Below are positions 1 to 8,947 of a DNA stretch of 64,000 bases, in pieces (positions within the stretch are counted from its first letter, which is position 1; each line of letters begins with the position of its first letter). Source of the DNA: an uncultured Nitrososphaerota archaeon (GTDB lineage: Archaea; Thermoproteota; Nitrososphaeria; Nitrososphaerales; Nitrosopumilaceae). The stretch is taken from the NCBI GenBank assembly GCA_963701075.1, contig OY969559.1, forward strand, positions 928,001 to 992,000. Reading direction: 5' to 3'. A program made the translations under genes and the position numbers. The notes under the pieces are model-generated. The model ran no database searches. It was not told the DNA's origin and saw only the letters and a program-made list of their open reading frames with translations.

Positions 1-87
1 CTTTCAATGGGTTCGGACTTGTGAGAACTACCCATTGACTCAAAGTCGTGGTATCTGCAAAGAAACGAGACGTTACTATGTTGTTTT

Positions 88-207
88 TTATTTATCGTTC
101 AAATCTTTGGATTTGCCTTCGGCAATTAGGCAATCATGACACAGTCTTGGTTTTAAGGTAGCCAACTCTTTATGCTTTTTGCAGCGTTTGCAAATTTCTT
201 TCAACAT
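88..207 (-). CDS. 39-aa CxxC...CxxC zinc-finger micro-protein
   Basis: Hand-translated MLKEICKRCKKHKELATLKPRLCHDCLIAEGKSKDLNDK; below the ORF-track cut-off. Confidence 0.55.
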   Translation of the reverse strand: MLKEICKRCKKHKELATLKPRLCHDCLIAEGKSKDLNDK

Positions 208-350
208 GCATCTACCTTGTTCATGATAAACTATTGAGCTTTCAATAAAATAAAGTTATTTGGATTTCTTTTCACTGCGAGTAAGGTCCTTCTTTTCAGA
301 CTTGATAATATCATTTCTACTTTAAATCTTGGCTCAACGTACTAGTCTCT

Positions 351-659
351 ATGAGTTTGCGCATAATAACATCGCTTAAGAGAAATGGCACAGAAATTGT
401 TGGAGTTGGAATAACTGAATTTGGCAAGAATACATATCTTGATTTGAAAGATGTATACGAGAATCAGGTTAGAATTTTTGATGAAATAAAACAGGGTAAA
501 CGGGACAAATCTGAAAAGCCGATTTACGTTCTCTGGATGGACGAAGAATTTGGATATCATCTTATGCATGTGGATAAAAAAGACGGAAAATATGAGCTGC
601 GCTCAAGAACAGGAAACATAGATAAATTATTGAGCGACCTTCCTGATTACAAAGAATAG
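351..659 (+). CDS. hypothetical protein, DUF3892-like
   Basis: 102 aa; C-terminal GKYELRSRTGNIDKLLSDLP resembles the DUF3892 G-x-YLR...N-L-x-LP signature. Confidence 0.5.
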   Translation: MSLRIITSLKRNGTEIVGVGITEFGKNTYLDLKDVYENQVRIFDEIKQGKRDKSEKPIYVLWMDEEFGYHLMHVDKKDGKYELRSRTGNIDKLLSDLPDYKE

Positions 660-671
660 AGGGTATAAAAA

Positions 672-791
672 ATGGCAAAATCCAAAACACAAAGAAATCA
701 AAAATATGCTAACCGAGAGAAAGCCCTGACCAAGAGAAAGTTTTCAAAGCGTTTACTTGGAAGACAAAATAAAAAATCGAGAACCAGATAG
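672..791 (+). CDS. 39-aa very basic (Lys/Arg-rich) micro-protein
   Basis: MAKSKTQRNQKYANREKALTKRKFSKRLLGRQNKKSRTR; tightly packed between neighbouring + strand ORFs. Confidence 0.5.
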   Translation: MAKSKTQRNQKYANREKALTKRKFSKRLLGRQNKKSRTR

Positions 792-794
792 GCC

Positions 795-911
795 ATGACA
801 GAACTATCAAAACTACGGGCTTGCATATTCTGCGGTTTGGTATTTTATCCAGTGGATTCTATAATAACCTGTACTAAATGTGGCAGGTCAACAGAAAAAT
901 TACATAGATAA
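795..911 (+). CDS. 38-aa zinc-ribbon micro-protein
   Basis: MTELSKLRACIFCGLVFYPVDSIITCTKCGRSTEKLHR; two CxxCG knuckles; starts 3 nt after the previous stop. Confidence 0.6.
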   Translation: MTELSKLRACIFCGLVFYPVDSIITCTKCGRSTEKLHR

Positions 912-1006
912 CACCAGAACTCGTACATGATGACAAATTGAGTTTTTACTGCCACTTTAGCTGTCTTAAGTAGTATCGTAACATGTGAATCTCAGAGATA
1001 AAAAGA

Positions 1007-1165
1007 ATGAAGAATTTTTTCAAGGCCCTGTGGAAATCCAAACCAGAGGAATCTAAAGAAAAACGCCAGACAGAGCAGGAAGAAATGAAAGAAGAGGCGC
1101 ACGAGCTAGAGCAAGTCGAGCAAGATGCGCAGGAAGATGTTAGAGAAACAGAAGATGAAGAATGA
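1007..1165 (+). CDS. 52-aa acidic micro-protein
   Basis: MKNFFKALWKSK followed by a Glu/Gln-rich tail. Confidence 0.5.
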   Translation: MKNFFKALWKSKPEESKEKRQTEQEEMKEEAHELEQVEQDAQEDVRETEDEE

Positions 1166-1218
1166 CTATTCTACAATAACATCAAAAAGCTTACCTGATA
1201 TCAGGTGTTAATAATTTC

Positions 1219-1326
1219 ATGGAAAGAGACCATTTTTGGAGGCAAAACATGTGCTCTGATTGTAAAAGAATAAAATGTAAAGAGGGATGCAACTGCGATT
1301 GTCATTTTGACAAGAGTAGATTATGA
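1219..1326 (+). CDS. Cys-rich metallothionein-like micro-protein (copy 1)
   Basis: MERDHFWRQNMCSDCKRIKCKEGCNCDCHFDKSRL; the paralogue at 46080-46184 differs by many synonymous changes. Confidence 0.75.
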   Translation: MERDHFWRQNMCSDCKRIKCKEGCNCDCHFDKSRL

Positions 1327-1390
1327 CATACTTGGCCAGCTCTGGTATAACTTGTTAAATTTTTAAAATAGAATCAATGGTATGGTCTAC

Positions 1391-1633
1391 TCAAGTAACT
1401 TTAGGTATAACAGGTTGCTTCTTGACTTTGTCTATTGCTTCTTTTATGATCCCTTTTAGCTCTTCACGTGTCATACTTTCTACATTTCTGCCTAGACTCT
1501 CCTCGATCTGGCAAGTTAGTTCCTTCTTGATATCACTGAAAATCTTTTGTTGGAGGTTATAATCTACTATCCCAGTCTCTCGGACAGTTTGGCTAAAGAC
1601 TTGCTCTATTACATCCCATGCAATTTCTTCCAT
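1391..1633 (-). CDS. hypothetical protein
   Basis: 80-aa helical ORF directly downstream of the Lrp-domain gene. Confidence 0.6.
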   Translation of the reverse strand: MEEIAWDVIEQVFSQTVRETGIVDYNLQQKIFSDIKKELTCQIEESLGRNVESMTREELKGIIKEAIDKVKKQPVIPKVT

Positions 1634-1648
1634 AACTAATCCTTGTAC

Positions 1649-1948
1649 CTACGCCACACATGCCGATGTCAGGTTCATGACAGAGAGAACCACATTCATA
1701 TGCAATATCTCATTGTTTATCAATTCTCTTAGTTCGGACTCGGTCATATTTTCCAGCTTGACAAGTATGTCATATTTCCCATGTGTTCGCAGGATCTCCT
1801 TTACCGATTTGAGAGTTTGGAGTTTTCTTATTACAAGTGTCTCCTTTCCTGGCTGGCAGCTAATGAATGCAAATGTTGGACAGATTTTATCGTCCTGAAT
1901 TTTTTTATCACGTTTTGCATCAAATTGAGCTTGCATCTCTTGTGTCAT
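1649..1948 (-). CDS. Lrp/AsnC ligand-binding (RAM) domain protein
   Basis: AFISCQPGKE...VKEILRTHGKYDILVKL pattern; no HTH. Confidence 0.8.
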   Translation of the reverse strand: MTQEMQAQFDAKRDKKIQDDKICPTFAFISCQPGKETLVIRKLQTLKSVKEILRTHGKYDILVKLENMTESELRELINNEILHMNVVLSVMNLTSACVA

Positions 1949-2157
1949 GTTATAATTCCTCTGATTCTATTACGTCCTAATCTCTAATAAAGCGGCGTAA
2001 TATGTCATTTGTAGCTGCAAAAAAGTATAACTCTCCTATTTTGGTAGTATTTCCTTAAGTGGTACTATCACATATACTATAGTTGAACAAAATACAAGAA
2101 AGTAAGAATCACTACAAAATTGGAAAACAACTAGTAGGAAAAATTCGATTCTCTCCT

Positions 2158-2307
2158 ATGGTAAATGTACTTGAAGTGATAAAACCATCAGTATGGAAAA
2201 AAGAGGTACATGCTTCATTTAAGAAAGTCATCGCATTTGACCTTCTGTTTATGGTACTTGGTGGATTTATTGGGGCTGGAATCGTCACTGCAGTTCTATT
2301 GAAATAG
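2158..2307 (+). CDS. 49-aa single-TM micro-protein (copy 1)
   Basis: ATG at 2158 gives the same length as the paralogue at 24050-24199; shared SVW...VH.SFKKVIAFDL.F..LG..IGAGI. Confidence 0.7.
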   Translation: MVNVLEVIKPSVWKKEVHASFKKVIAFDLLFMVLGGFIGAGIVTAVLLK

Positions 2308-2336
2308 AACTCTTCTTTTTTGTTGAAATTTGATTT

Positions 2337-2545
2337 AGCGAAATTTACGGGACGGAATTTTTGGATTCAGATCTGCAAGACTCGAACTTTCTCCAAACCT
2401 TGAAATTTAACAGCTATTAACAAATGTACAATAAATTAATACAAAATCAAAAATGGGGTAGACGCGCTAAAACTGTTTTGGTGCAAACCTTATGAATTTA
2501 GTTAAATCTGTTTTAGCAGAATTTACAGGCATCACACAGTCACCT
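2337..2545 (+). pseudogene. possible decayed pentapeptide-repeat gene
   Basis: Fragments SEIYG-TEFLD-SDLQD-SNFLQ and NCFG-ANLMN...AEFTG, interrupted by stops. Confidence 0.3.
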
Positions 2546-2567
2546 TCTAGTAGAAAATCTAAAATCT

Positions 2568-3341
2568 TTGCAAAAGATAGAAAATAGAATGAAAGGAAAA
2601 AAAGGGCTTGTAGTAGGCATTGCAAATGAACATTCCATAGCGTGGGGGTGCGCTCATGCTCTCCATCAAGCGGGAGCGGAGCTGGCCGTTACGTATCTAG
2701 ACGAAAAAACAAAAGACTACGTGGCACCCCTTGCTGAAATCGTAGGTGCCGAGATTTTCGCTCCTTTAGACATCACAAATGAATCTCATCTCGTGGCTCT
2801 AGTAGACGAGATCAAGAGCCGGTGGGGCCATCTTGATTTCCTTTTGCACTCGATCGTTTATGCCCCAAGATTAGATCTTCATGGCCGGGTGGTAGATTCA
2901 TCCCGTGAGGGTTTCTTGAATGCGATGGATATTTCATGTCACTCTCTGATCCGGCTTGCCAAGGCGGCCGAGCCGCTGATGAATGGTGGTGCGATTTTGA
3001 CGATGAGTTATTACGGGTCTGAAAAAGTTATTCCACATTATGGTATCATGGGTCCAGTCAAGGCTGCCCTTGAGGCCACGATGCGTTACCTTGCAGTCGA
3101 GCTGGGACCGAAGAATATCCGCGTCAATGCGCTGTCGCCAGGGCCTGTCAAGACACGTGCTGCCTCCGGTTTGACTGATTTTGACAGGCTGATGGAAATG
3201 GTTGCAAGCGCCTCCCCGTTGCACGATTTTGTGACGCTTGAACAGATCGGTCAAGCATCGGTCTTTCTGATGTCTGACAATGCGAAAAACATTACGGGAC
3301 AAATTATTTACGTTGACAACGGCTACCACGTTAAGGGGTAA
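2568..3341 (+). CDS. fabI: enoyl-ACP reductase (NADH), bacterial FabI family SDR
   Basis: GIANEHSIAWG, YGIMGPVKAALE, VNALSPGPVKTRAA and ITGQIIYVDNG motifs. Confidence 0.93.
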   Translation: MQKIENRMKGKKGLVVGIANEHSIAWGCAHALHQAGAELAVTYLDEKTKDYVAPLAEIVGAEIFAPLDITNESHLVALVDEIKSRWGHLDFLLHSIVYAPRLDLHGRVVDSSREGFLNAMDISCHSLIRLAKAAEPLMNGGAILTMSYYGSEKVIPHYGIMGPVKAALEATMRYLAVELGPKNIRVNALSPGPVKTRAASGLTDFDRLMEMVASASPLHDFVTLEQIGQASVFLMSDNAKNITGQIIYVDNGYHVKG

Positions 3342-3544
3342 AGCAGCCCCATAAACAATTTTGATTACATCTTCCCTTGGGACATCAAATTAAGATTAGA
3401 TTATTATGCAAAAGCGGGCTCACAAATACGACCCAAATGGTACTCTAGTCCACCCAGGCCCGCTTTATCGTGTCATACCCGTAGCGTGCATATCACTGTC
3501 AATAATTAAATACAATTGAAGCCTTCAAAGTATCTAGACTGAAA

Positions 3545-4600
3545 ATGACGATTAAAGTTCATGGATATGCAGCACAGCAAGCAAAAGCATCTCTTGGCCC
3601 GTACTCTTTTGAGAGACGTGAGCCTTCTGATCATGATGTTGTGATTGATATTGGATACTGCGGAATATGCCACACAGACATACACCAAGTAGGTGATGAG
3701 TGGGGAGGATCAAAGTTCCCAATGGTTCCAGGACACGAGATAACAGGTATTGTCTCACAAGTTGGACCTAAAGTGACTCGATACAAGACAGGCGACAGGG
3801 TAGGTGTAGGATGTTTTGTCAACTCTTGCCGCAAATGTGAGCCTTGTCGTAAAAACCTTGAACAGTATTGTACAGAAGGAATGACTACAACTTACAATGG
3901 AACAGAAAAAGATGGCACTCCAACTCAGGGAGGGTATTCTAACAAAATAGTGGTAGATGAAAACTATGTACTCTCAATTCCTGACAATCTTCCTCTAGAC
4001 AAGGCAGCGCCGCTTTTGTGTGCAGGTGTCACGCTTTATTCTCCCCTGATGCATTGGAAGGCAGGCCCTGGAAAAAAAGTTGCCATAATAGGTCTTGGCG
4101 GTATAGGTCACATGGGCGTAAAACTTGCACATGCACTTGGTGCCGAAGTTACTGTGCTCAGTCATTCGCTTAAAAAACAAGAAGACGGCAAAAAACTGGG
4201 AGCAGATTATTTCTATGCCACTTCCGATCCTAAAACCTTTGAGAAACTCAAAGGATATTTTGATCTGATGATAAACACAGTTTCAGCCGAGCTTGACTGG
4301 AACAAATACTTGGATCTTCTTACTCTTGACGGTGCAATGGTCGTGGTTGGAATTCCAGAGAAGGAAACGCCGGTTGGTTCCTACTCTCTAGTTGCTGGTC
4401 GTCGTAGCCTTGCAGGCTCTCTCATAGGAGGCATCAAAGAGACACAAGAGATGCTTGATTTTTGCAGCAAAAACAACATCGCAAGCGAGATCGAAATTGT
4501 CCCGATTCAGAAAGTCAATGACGCCTACAAGCGGATACTCAATAGCGATGTTCGATACAGGTTTGTTATAGATATAAAATCGCTTGAACAAAACAGATAG
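3545..4600 (+). CDS. Zn-dependent NADP(H) alcohol/aldehyde dehydrogenase (CAD/YahK-like)
   Basis: CGICHTD, GHE, structural Zn Cys cluster, [24 protein letters not shown]. Confidence 0.93.
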   Translation: MTIKVHGYAAQQAKASLGPYSFERREPSDHDVVIDIGYCGICHTDIHQVGDEWGGSKFPMVPGHEITGIVSQVGPKVTRYKTGDRVGVGCFVNSCRKCEPCRKNLEQYCTEGMTTTYNGTEKDGTPTQGGYSNKIVVDENYVLSIPDNLPLDKAAPLLCAGVTLYSPLMHWKAGPGKKVAIIGLGGIGHMGVKLAHALGAEVTVLSHSLKKQEDGKKLGADYFYATSDPKTFEKLKGYFDLMINTVSAELDWNKYLDLLTLDGAMVVVGIPEKETPVGSYSLVAGRRSLAGSLIGGIKETQEMLDFCSKNNIASEIEIVPIQKVNDAYKRILNSDVRYRFVIDIKSLEQNR

Positions 4601-4887
4601 TTCTATAAAATACATTTTTAGTTAGATTAAATTAAAAAAATAATGTCTCTATGGTTATTTGCAAATGATAAACATAGAGGGAGCGATAATATTGTTTAGT
4701 CTATAAAGTTGGGCTAGGATCTGTAATCGCTCGGAGGTAAGCTCTGACACTCGTTTTCTGGTAGTGGTATGATTGGCTTTAAAGATTGGATTCAAATTAT
4801 TATAGCCGCAGATCAATTATAATTTAACATCTTTAACGGTATTTTCTTTCACCAGCTATCTATGTGGTGATATGGTATCTATGATAT

Positions 4888-4919
4888 TACCTAGTATGGT
4901 ATTGCTATGCTACTAGGTA
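4888..4919. promoter_or_regulatory. inverted repeat upstream of pirin, candidate HxlR operator
   Basis: tacctagta-N14-tactaggta; tacctagt recurs upstream of the hxlR-type gene (~6046). Confidence 0.4.
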
Positions 4920-4964
4920 GTAAATTACTACCACATTTAAAAGGGCGGCTGCCTATATGTATTC

Positions 4965-5690
4965 ATGATACAAACAATCAGGGCAAACGAACATCACAAA
5001 AGCGAGATGGATTGGCTCTCTACCTATTACCATTTCTCATTTGCAGATTACTTTGACCCAAAGAAAATGAATTATGGACCGCTTCGTGTCTTCAACGATG
5101 ACACCATACAACCAGGAGAAGGATTCGATCTACACCCACACAGGGATATGGAGATTGTAACATACGTAATTGACGGGGAACTAGAGCACGAAGACAGTCG
5201 CGGCAACCAGGGGGTAATCAAGCCAGGTGAGATTCAGGTAATGACTGCAGGATCTGGTATAATGCATGCAGAACGCAACCATTCAAAAGAAAAACCATTA
5301 CATCTTTTGCAAATGTGGGTTATTCCAGATAAAAAAGAACTAGCCCCATCATGGCAACAAAAGGGATACTCTAAAGAACAGAGACTGGACAAGCTGTTGC
5401 AAGTTGTTTCGCCGCTTGGTTTAAACTCAAATGGCGCACTAACCATGCATCAAAACGTGTCATTTTATGTCTCAAGTCTAACGCCAGGCGCTGAAATTTC
5501 GCATGAAATACAGCCCGGACGAAAGGCATACGTGTTTGTCATAGAGGGAAAAGTCCAGATCAATGGTACCACTATGCAAACAAAAGATGCCGCAAGAGTG
5601 GAAGATGAACGTAAATTAGCAATTAAATCAGAAAAACAAACCGAACTGATATTGATAGATCTGCCAGAAAAATACGCAGTAAAAACTTAG
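4965..5690 (+). CDS. pirin family protein (YhhW-like)
   Basis: LRVFNDD, HPHRDMEIVTY, MTAGSGIMHAE, LLQMW. Confidence 0.93.
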   Translation: MIQTIRANEHHKSEMDWLSTYYHFSFADYFDPKKMNYGPLRVFNDDTIQPGEGFDLHPHRDMEIVTYVIDGELEHEDSRGNQGVIKPGEIQVMTAGSGIMHAERNHSKEKPLHLLQMWVIPDKKELAPSWQQKGYSKEQRLDKLLQVVSPLGLNSNGALTMHQNVSFYVSSLTPGAEISHEIQPGRKAYVFVIEGKVQINGTTMQTKDAARVEDERKLAIKSEKQTELILIDLPEKYAVKT

Positions 5691-6028
5691 GTCTCTTTTT
5701 TTAATTTTGGCTTCCATTTATTTGCCCATTGGCCCAAATCCTCGAGTATTTCTTCTAGTTCCCTTGCTTGTTTTGTCAAGCTATATTCCACTCTAACTGG
5801 TATCTCTTGGTAAATTTTTTTAATCACAAGCCCATGACCCTCTAATTCTGATAGCCTATCTGATAGTACAGTACTGCTTATCCCAGAAACAAGTCTCTTT
5901 AATTCATTGAAACGAATGGTCTCATTCGTACTTAGATTTCTTAGAATTACCAAAGACCATGTCCTGCCAAGAACATGCCAAATGTCAGAAACATCGCACT
6001 GGACCATCTTTTTGCTCTTTGAATCCAA
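5687..6028 (-). CDS. HxlR-family winged-helix regulator
   Basis: RFNELKRLVSGISSTVLSDRLSELE...PVRVEYSLT. Confidence 0.92.
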   Translation of the reverse strand: MDSKSKKMVQCDVSDIWHVLGRTWSLVILRNLSTNETIRFNELKRLVSGISSTVLSDRLSELEGHGLVIKKIYQEIPVRVEYSLTKQARELEEILEDLGQWANKWKPKLKKET

Positions 6029-6152
6029 CTGTGGTATGTTTTACATACCTAGTTTTAAACACTTACCATGTCTTTTTTAAAAATCCATCTTCAATTTTGG
6101 ATTGATAGTGCTTCTGAAACGCAACACAAATTTAATTTTTCTAAATTAGTTC

Positions 6153-6186
6153 TTCACTAACAATGTTCATTCACAATGTTTCATAA
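6153..6186 (+). promoter_or_regulatory. conserved 34-bp motif (copy A)
   Basis: ttcactaacaatgttcattcacaatgtttcataa; 29/34 identical to 14910-14943; followed by TATA-like tttatat. Confidence 0.7.
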
Positions 6187-6372
6187 TTCTTTATATTGTG
6201 TCTAATATATCGAGAGCAACGAATAACACTAAATCAAGTATATTTCAAAAATTGTTTGTAATAATATCTACGGTAGGTTCTATCATAGAAATATCTAATG
6301 ATGAATTTATACAGAGCGTCCAGTACGTGATTAACACTGAACATGGTAAAGATATGATTTCACGTGGTGTTT

Positions 6373-6930
6373 ATGGAAAATAGCAAGTGGGCAACAAGAT
6401 TCATCTGGAGTGCAGTGATCCAGGGAGGATTAGTTACAGCAGCTACGCTAATACTGTTTGTATATGGTTCTGTCTACTTCAAACCTACTCCTGCAACCGT
6501 AATTGCAGCGGGTAGTGCAGGCACATGGCTATTGATTGGATACATGGCATACATTGTCATGATAATAGCTCTTGGCGTAACAGCGCTTTTCTATGACTAT
6601 CTAGAAGTGAGGTTAGGCAGACCGATAACGGGAAAAAAGCGTAGTTTTCTCACCGTGATACATTTGTTGCTAATGAACGTAGGCATAACAGGCTCCACCT
6701 GGTTGCTCATGTATGTGGGATTCGTTGGCGGCGCGGCTATACTGCCTGTCTCTTCAGGTGGTAGAGGCTTGACAGATTTGCAAGCTCACGAGCAAATTCT
6801 TGCTCCATTTCCTCCTGTTATCATAGGATTCATTGTGGCGATCATGATCGGTGTCCTGTCAGGAGGGCTTGCCTACTTGCTGGAGCTAAAGTCCAAGACG
6901 AAATTCTCTGAAAATGATTCAATGAGATAG
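6373..6930 (+). CDS. 4-TM membrane protein of unknown function
   Basis: Four hydrophobic segments; ATG at 6373 preferred over GTG at 6364. Confidence 0.75.
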   Translation: MENSKWATRFIWSAVIQGGLVTAATLILFVYGSVYFKPTPATVIAAGSAGTWLLIGYMAYIVMIIALGVTALFYDYLEVRLGRPITGKKRSFLTVIHLLLMNVGITGSTWLLMYVGFVGGAAILPVSSGGRGLTDLQAHEQILAPFPPVIIGFIVAIMIGVLSGGLAYLLELKSKTKFSENDSMR

Positions 6931-6992
6931 ATATTCAAGATACAAAATTTTTTGATCTCAAAACCAGTACTGTATAACAGAAAGACAATGAA

Positions 6993-7313
6993 TCATTTCT
7001 TCTTTACTAAAAAGAAGCCTATGATAAATAGTGAAGCGCTGATGAGAAATGATGTTAGGTTGAGTACAAGAAAACCCAATCCTAGGGGTATGGGAACATA
7101 CAACGTTGGAATGCATAACCCATGAATGAAAGTATCGCAGGTAGGGAATCGCTTTGGAATTGTGGTTTCAAGCTCTGCTGATTGACGAGTTATGACGCCG
7201 ACAACATATGGGGATAGGAGCAGAACAAGACCTATGATGGCATTCCTGTCAAACTTTCCTGCCTTTCTTACCAAACTTGTAACCAAAAATTTCAATTTTT
7301 TAATCATTAACAT
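6993..7313 (-). CDS. small membrane protein
   Basis: Two hydrophobic segments; start uncertain. Confidence 0.5.
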   Translation of the reverse strand: MLMIKKLKFLVTSLVRKAGKFDRNAIIGLVLLLSPYVVGVITRQSAELETTIPKRFPTCDTFIHGLCIPTLYVPIPLGLGFLVLNLTSFLISASLFIIGFFLVKKK

Positions 7314-7428
7314 AACCCAGGGTTCTTTGCCTTTTTATTGATATGCTCATCTCCAAACACCTTAAATTCTTCATCTTTTTCTAGCGTTACAACAGTTTGC
7401 CTTGATATGCACCTTGTGAATTCTTCAA

Positions 7429-7719
7429 TCAAAAGTTATCGCTAAAGTTTCTTGTATGTTTGTCGACTTCATCCTGAGGGGATGAATGTCCGTCATTGTC
7501 CTTGTGCTCTGTCTTGTGGCTACGTCTTGCCATTTTTTCCTCGTGCTCCTTTCTAGAGTGATGAAGCCTGTCTGTCTCATGAATAAACTCCATTCCGCAT
7601 TCTGTACACTTGACTATGTCATGATGATGGTCGTGGCGAGCATGACTTATCAGATCCTCCTGCTTTGAAAATTCTGATTTGCATTGCTCACACTTGAACT
7701 TCTTTCCAAAAAACTTCAT
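7429..7719 (-). CDS. double C2H2 zinc-finger, His-rich protein
   Basis: CEQC-x12-H-x3-H and CTEC-x12-H...H motifs. Confidence 0.85.
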   Translation of the reverse strand: MKFFGKKFKCEQCKSEFSKQEDLISHARHDHHHDIVKCTECGMEFIHETDRLHHSRKEHEEKMARRSHKTEHKDNDGHSSPQDEVDKHTRNFSDNF

Positions 7720-7818
7720 GTTAAATTAACGTCTCATGATGCCGTAAATAAGACTATTGTTGGGCTCTTCTGATGCCTAAAATGTAAAGACGGGAAAATA
7801 GAAAGTCCTAATTAAAAA

Positions 7819-7852
7819 TTGTGATACACTGTTAAGCAACATTGTTACCGAA
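7819..7852 (-). promoter_or_regulatory. conserved 34-bp motif (copy B)
   Basis: Reverse complement ttcggtaacaatgttgcttaacagtgtatcacaa; 27/34 to copy D; lies between divergent genes. Confidence 0.65.
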
Positions 7853-7939
7853 AGTATTTTAATTTGTATAAAATTCATTGGTATCCCAATCATTGGTACA
7901 CAAATTTTATATCCTATCATCTCCTAGATAAATCAAGAA

Positions 7940-8866
7940 ATGAACCCTGTCAAATCCACAAACGTGCTAAAACCGCTTGCAATGATGGCAAGCATCGTAA
8001 TATTGCTTACAGTAAGTTTAGCCCCTGCCTTTGCAGACAGCGCAAGCCCCCCACTTGCTCCTACAAACCTAAACGCCATGCCAGTATCTGGAAATCAAAT
8101 TGCCTTGACATGGAATTCTCCAATAAATGCTACTCAAAGCGGAGTCATAGGATATCAGATCCAACGAAATGGAACAATTCTTGTTAACAATACCGAAAGC
8201 GCATTAACAAACTATAATGATACTAGTCTACTTCCAGGTAATGTAGGACAATATCAGGTTGCAGCTTGGAATGCAGTTGGTCTTGGTTTGTTCTCAAATA
8301 ATGCCTCTGCAGCTACTGTTCTATATGCTAGCCCAACAACTCCAGGCCCAACACCCACAAACACAACTTCGACAATCATTGGGGGTAACTGGACAAAGTA
8401 TGTAGTAATACCACATCACAGTCAACACGGAATTCTAGACAACCAAACCTTGTCTCATTTTGACAGGGCGCATACTGGTCAATTCATGTATGGCAAAGAC
8501 AATGGGACATCTATCGAGCAGCAAAATGGCACCTTTTACCGAACTGACAAACCAAGTCCTACTGTGAGCGACTCTCAACATGAATGGAACAAACAGATGG
8601 AGCAGTTCAAGCCCAGTATAAAGCAAGATGAAAACCAATACAAAAACTTGCACACTGGTGCACAGATTTGGCCTAATGTCTCGACAGGTGCGGGTGGTCA
8701 TACCCAAGCGACAAAATCAACCTACAGGAATTTGCACTCAAACTGGATTCAATCTAAAAGCCTTGGAACAAATGGAGTCCCGTTTTCAGGACTGACTCAT
8801 GAAAATAAACTTGAGAACTGGCACAAAATACCGCCAACAGACTGGAAAAAAATACCACAAAACTGA
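7940..8866 (+). CDS. secreted fibronectin type III domain protein
   Basis: Signal peptide; APTNLNA...LTWNSP...GYQIQR...YQVAAWNAVG; low-complexity C-terminus. Confidence 0.8.
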   Translation: MNPVKSTNVLKPLAMMASIVILLTVSLAPAFADSASPPLAPTNLNAMPVSGNQIALTWNSPINATQSGVIGYQIQRNGTILVNNTESALTNYNDTSLLPGNVGQYQVAAWNAVGLGLFSNNASAATVLYASPTTPGPTPTNTTSTIIGGNWTKYVVIPHHSQHGILDNQTLSHFDRAHTGQFMYGKDNGTSIEQQNGTFYRTDKPSPTVSDSQHEWNKQMEQFKPSIKQDENQYKNLHTGAQIWPNVSTGAGGHTQATKSTYRNLHSNWIQSKSLGTNGVPFSGLTHENKLENWHKIPPTDWKKIPQN

Positions 8867-8947
8867 GTCAACAAAACACTAATTGGTCTGAAATTGCAAA
8901 GACAATAACATGCTACTATCTCAAATAAATCGGGTTGCATGTGAAAT

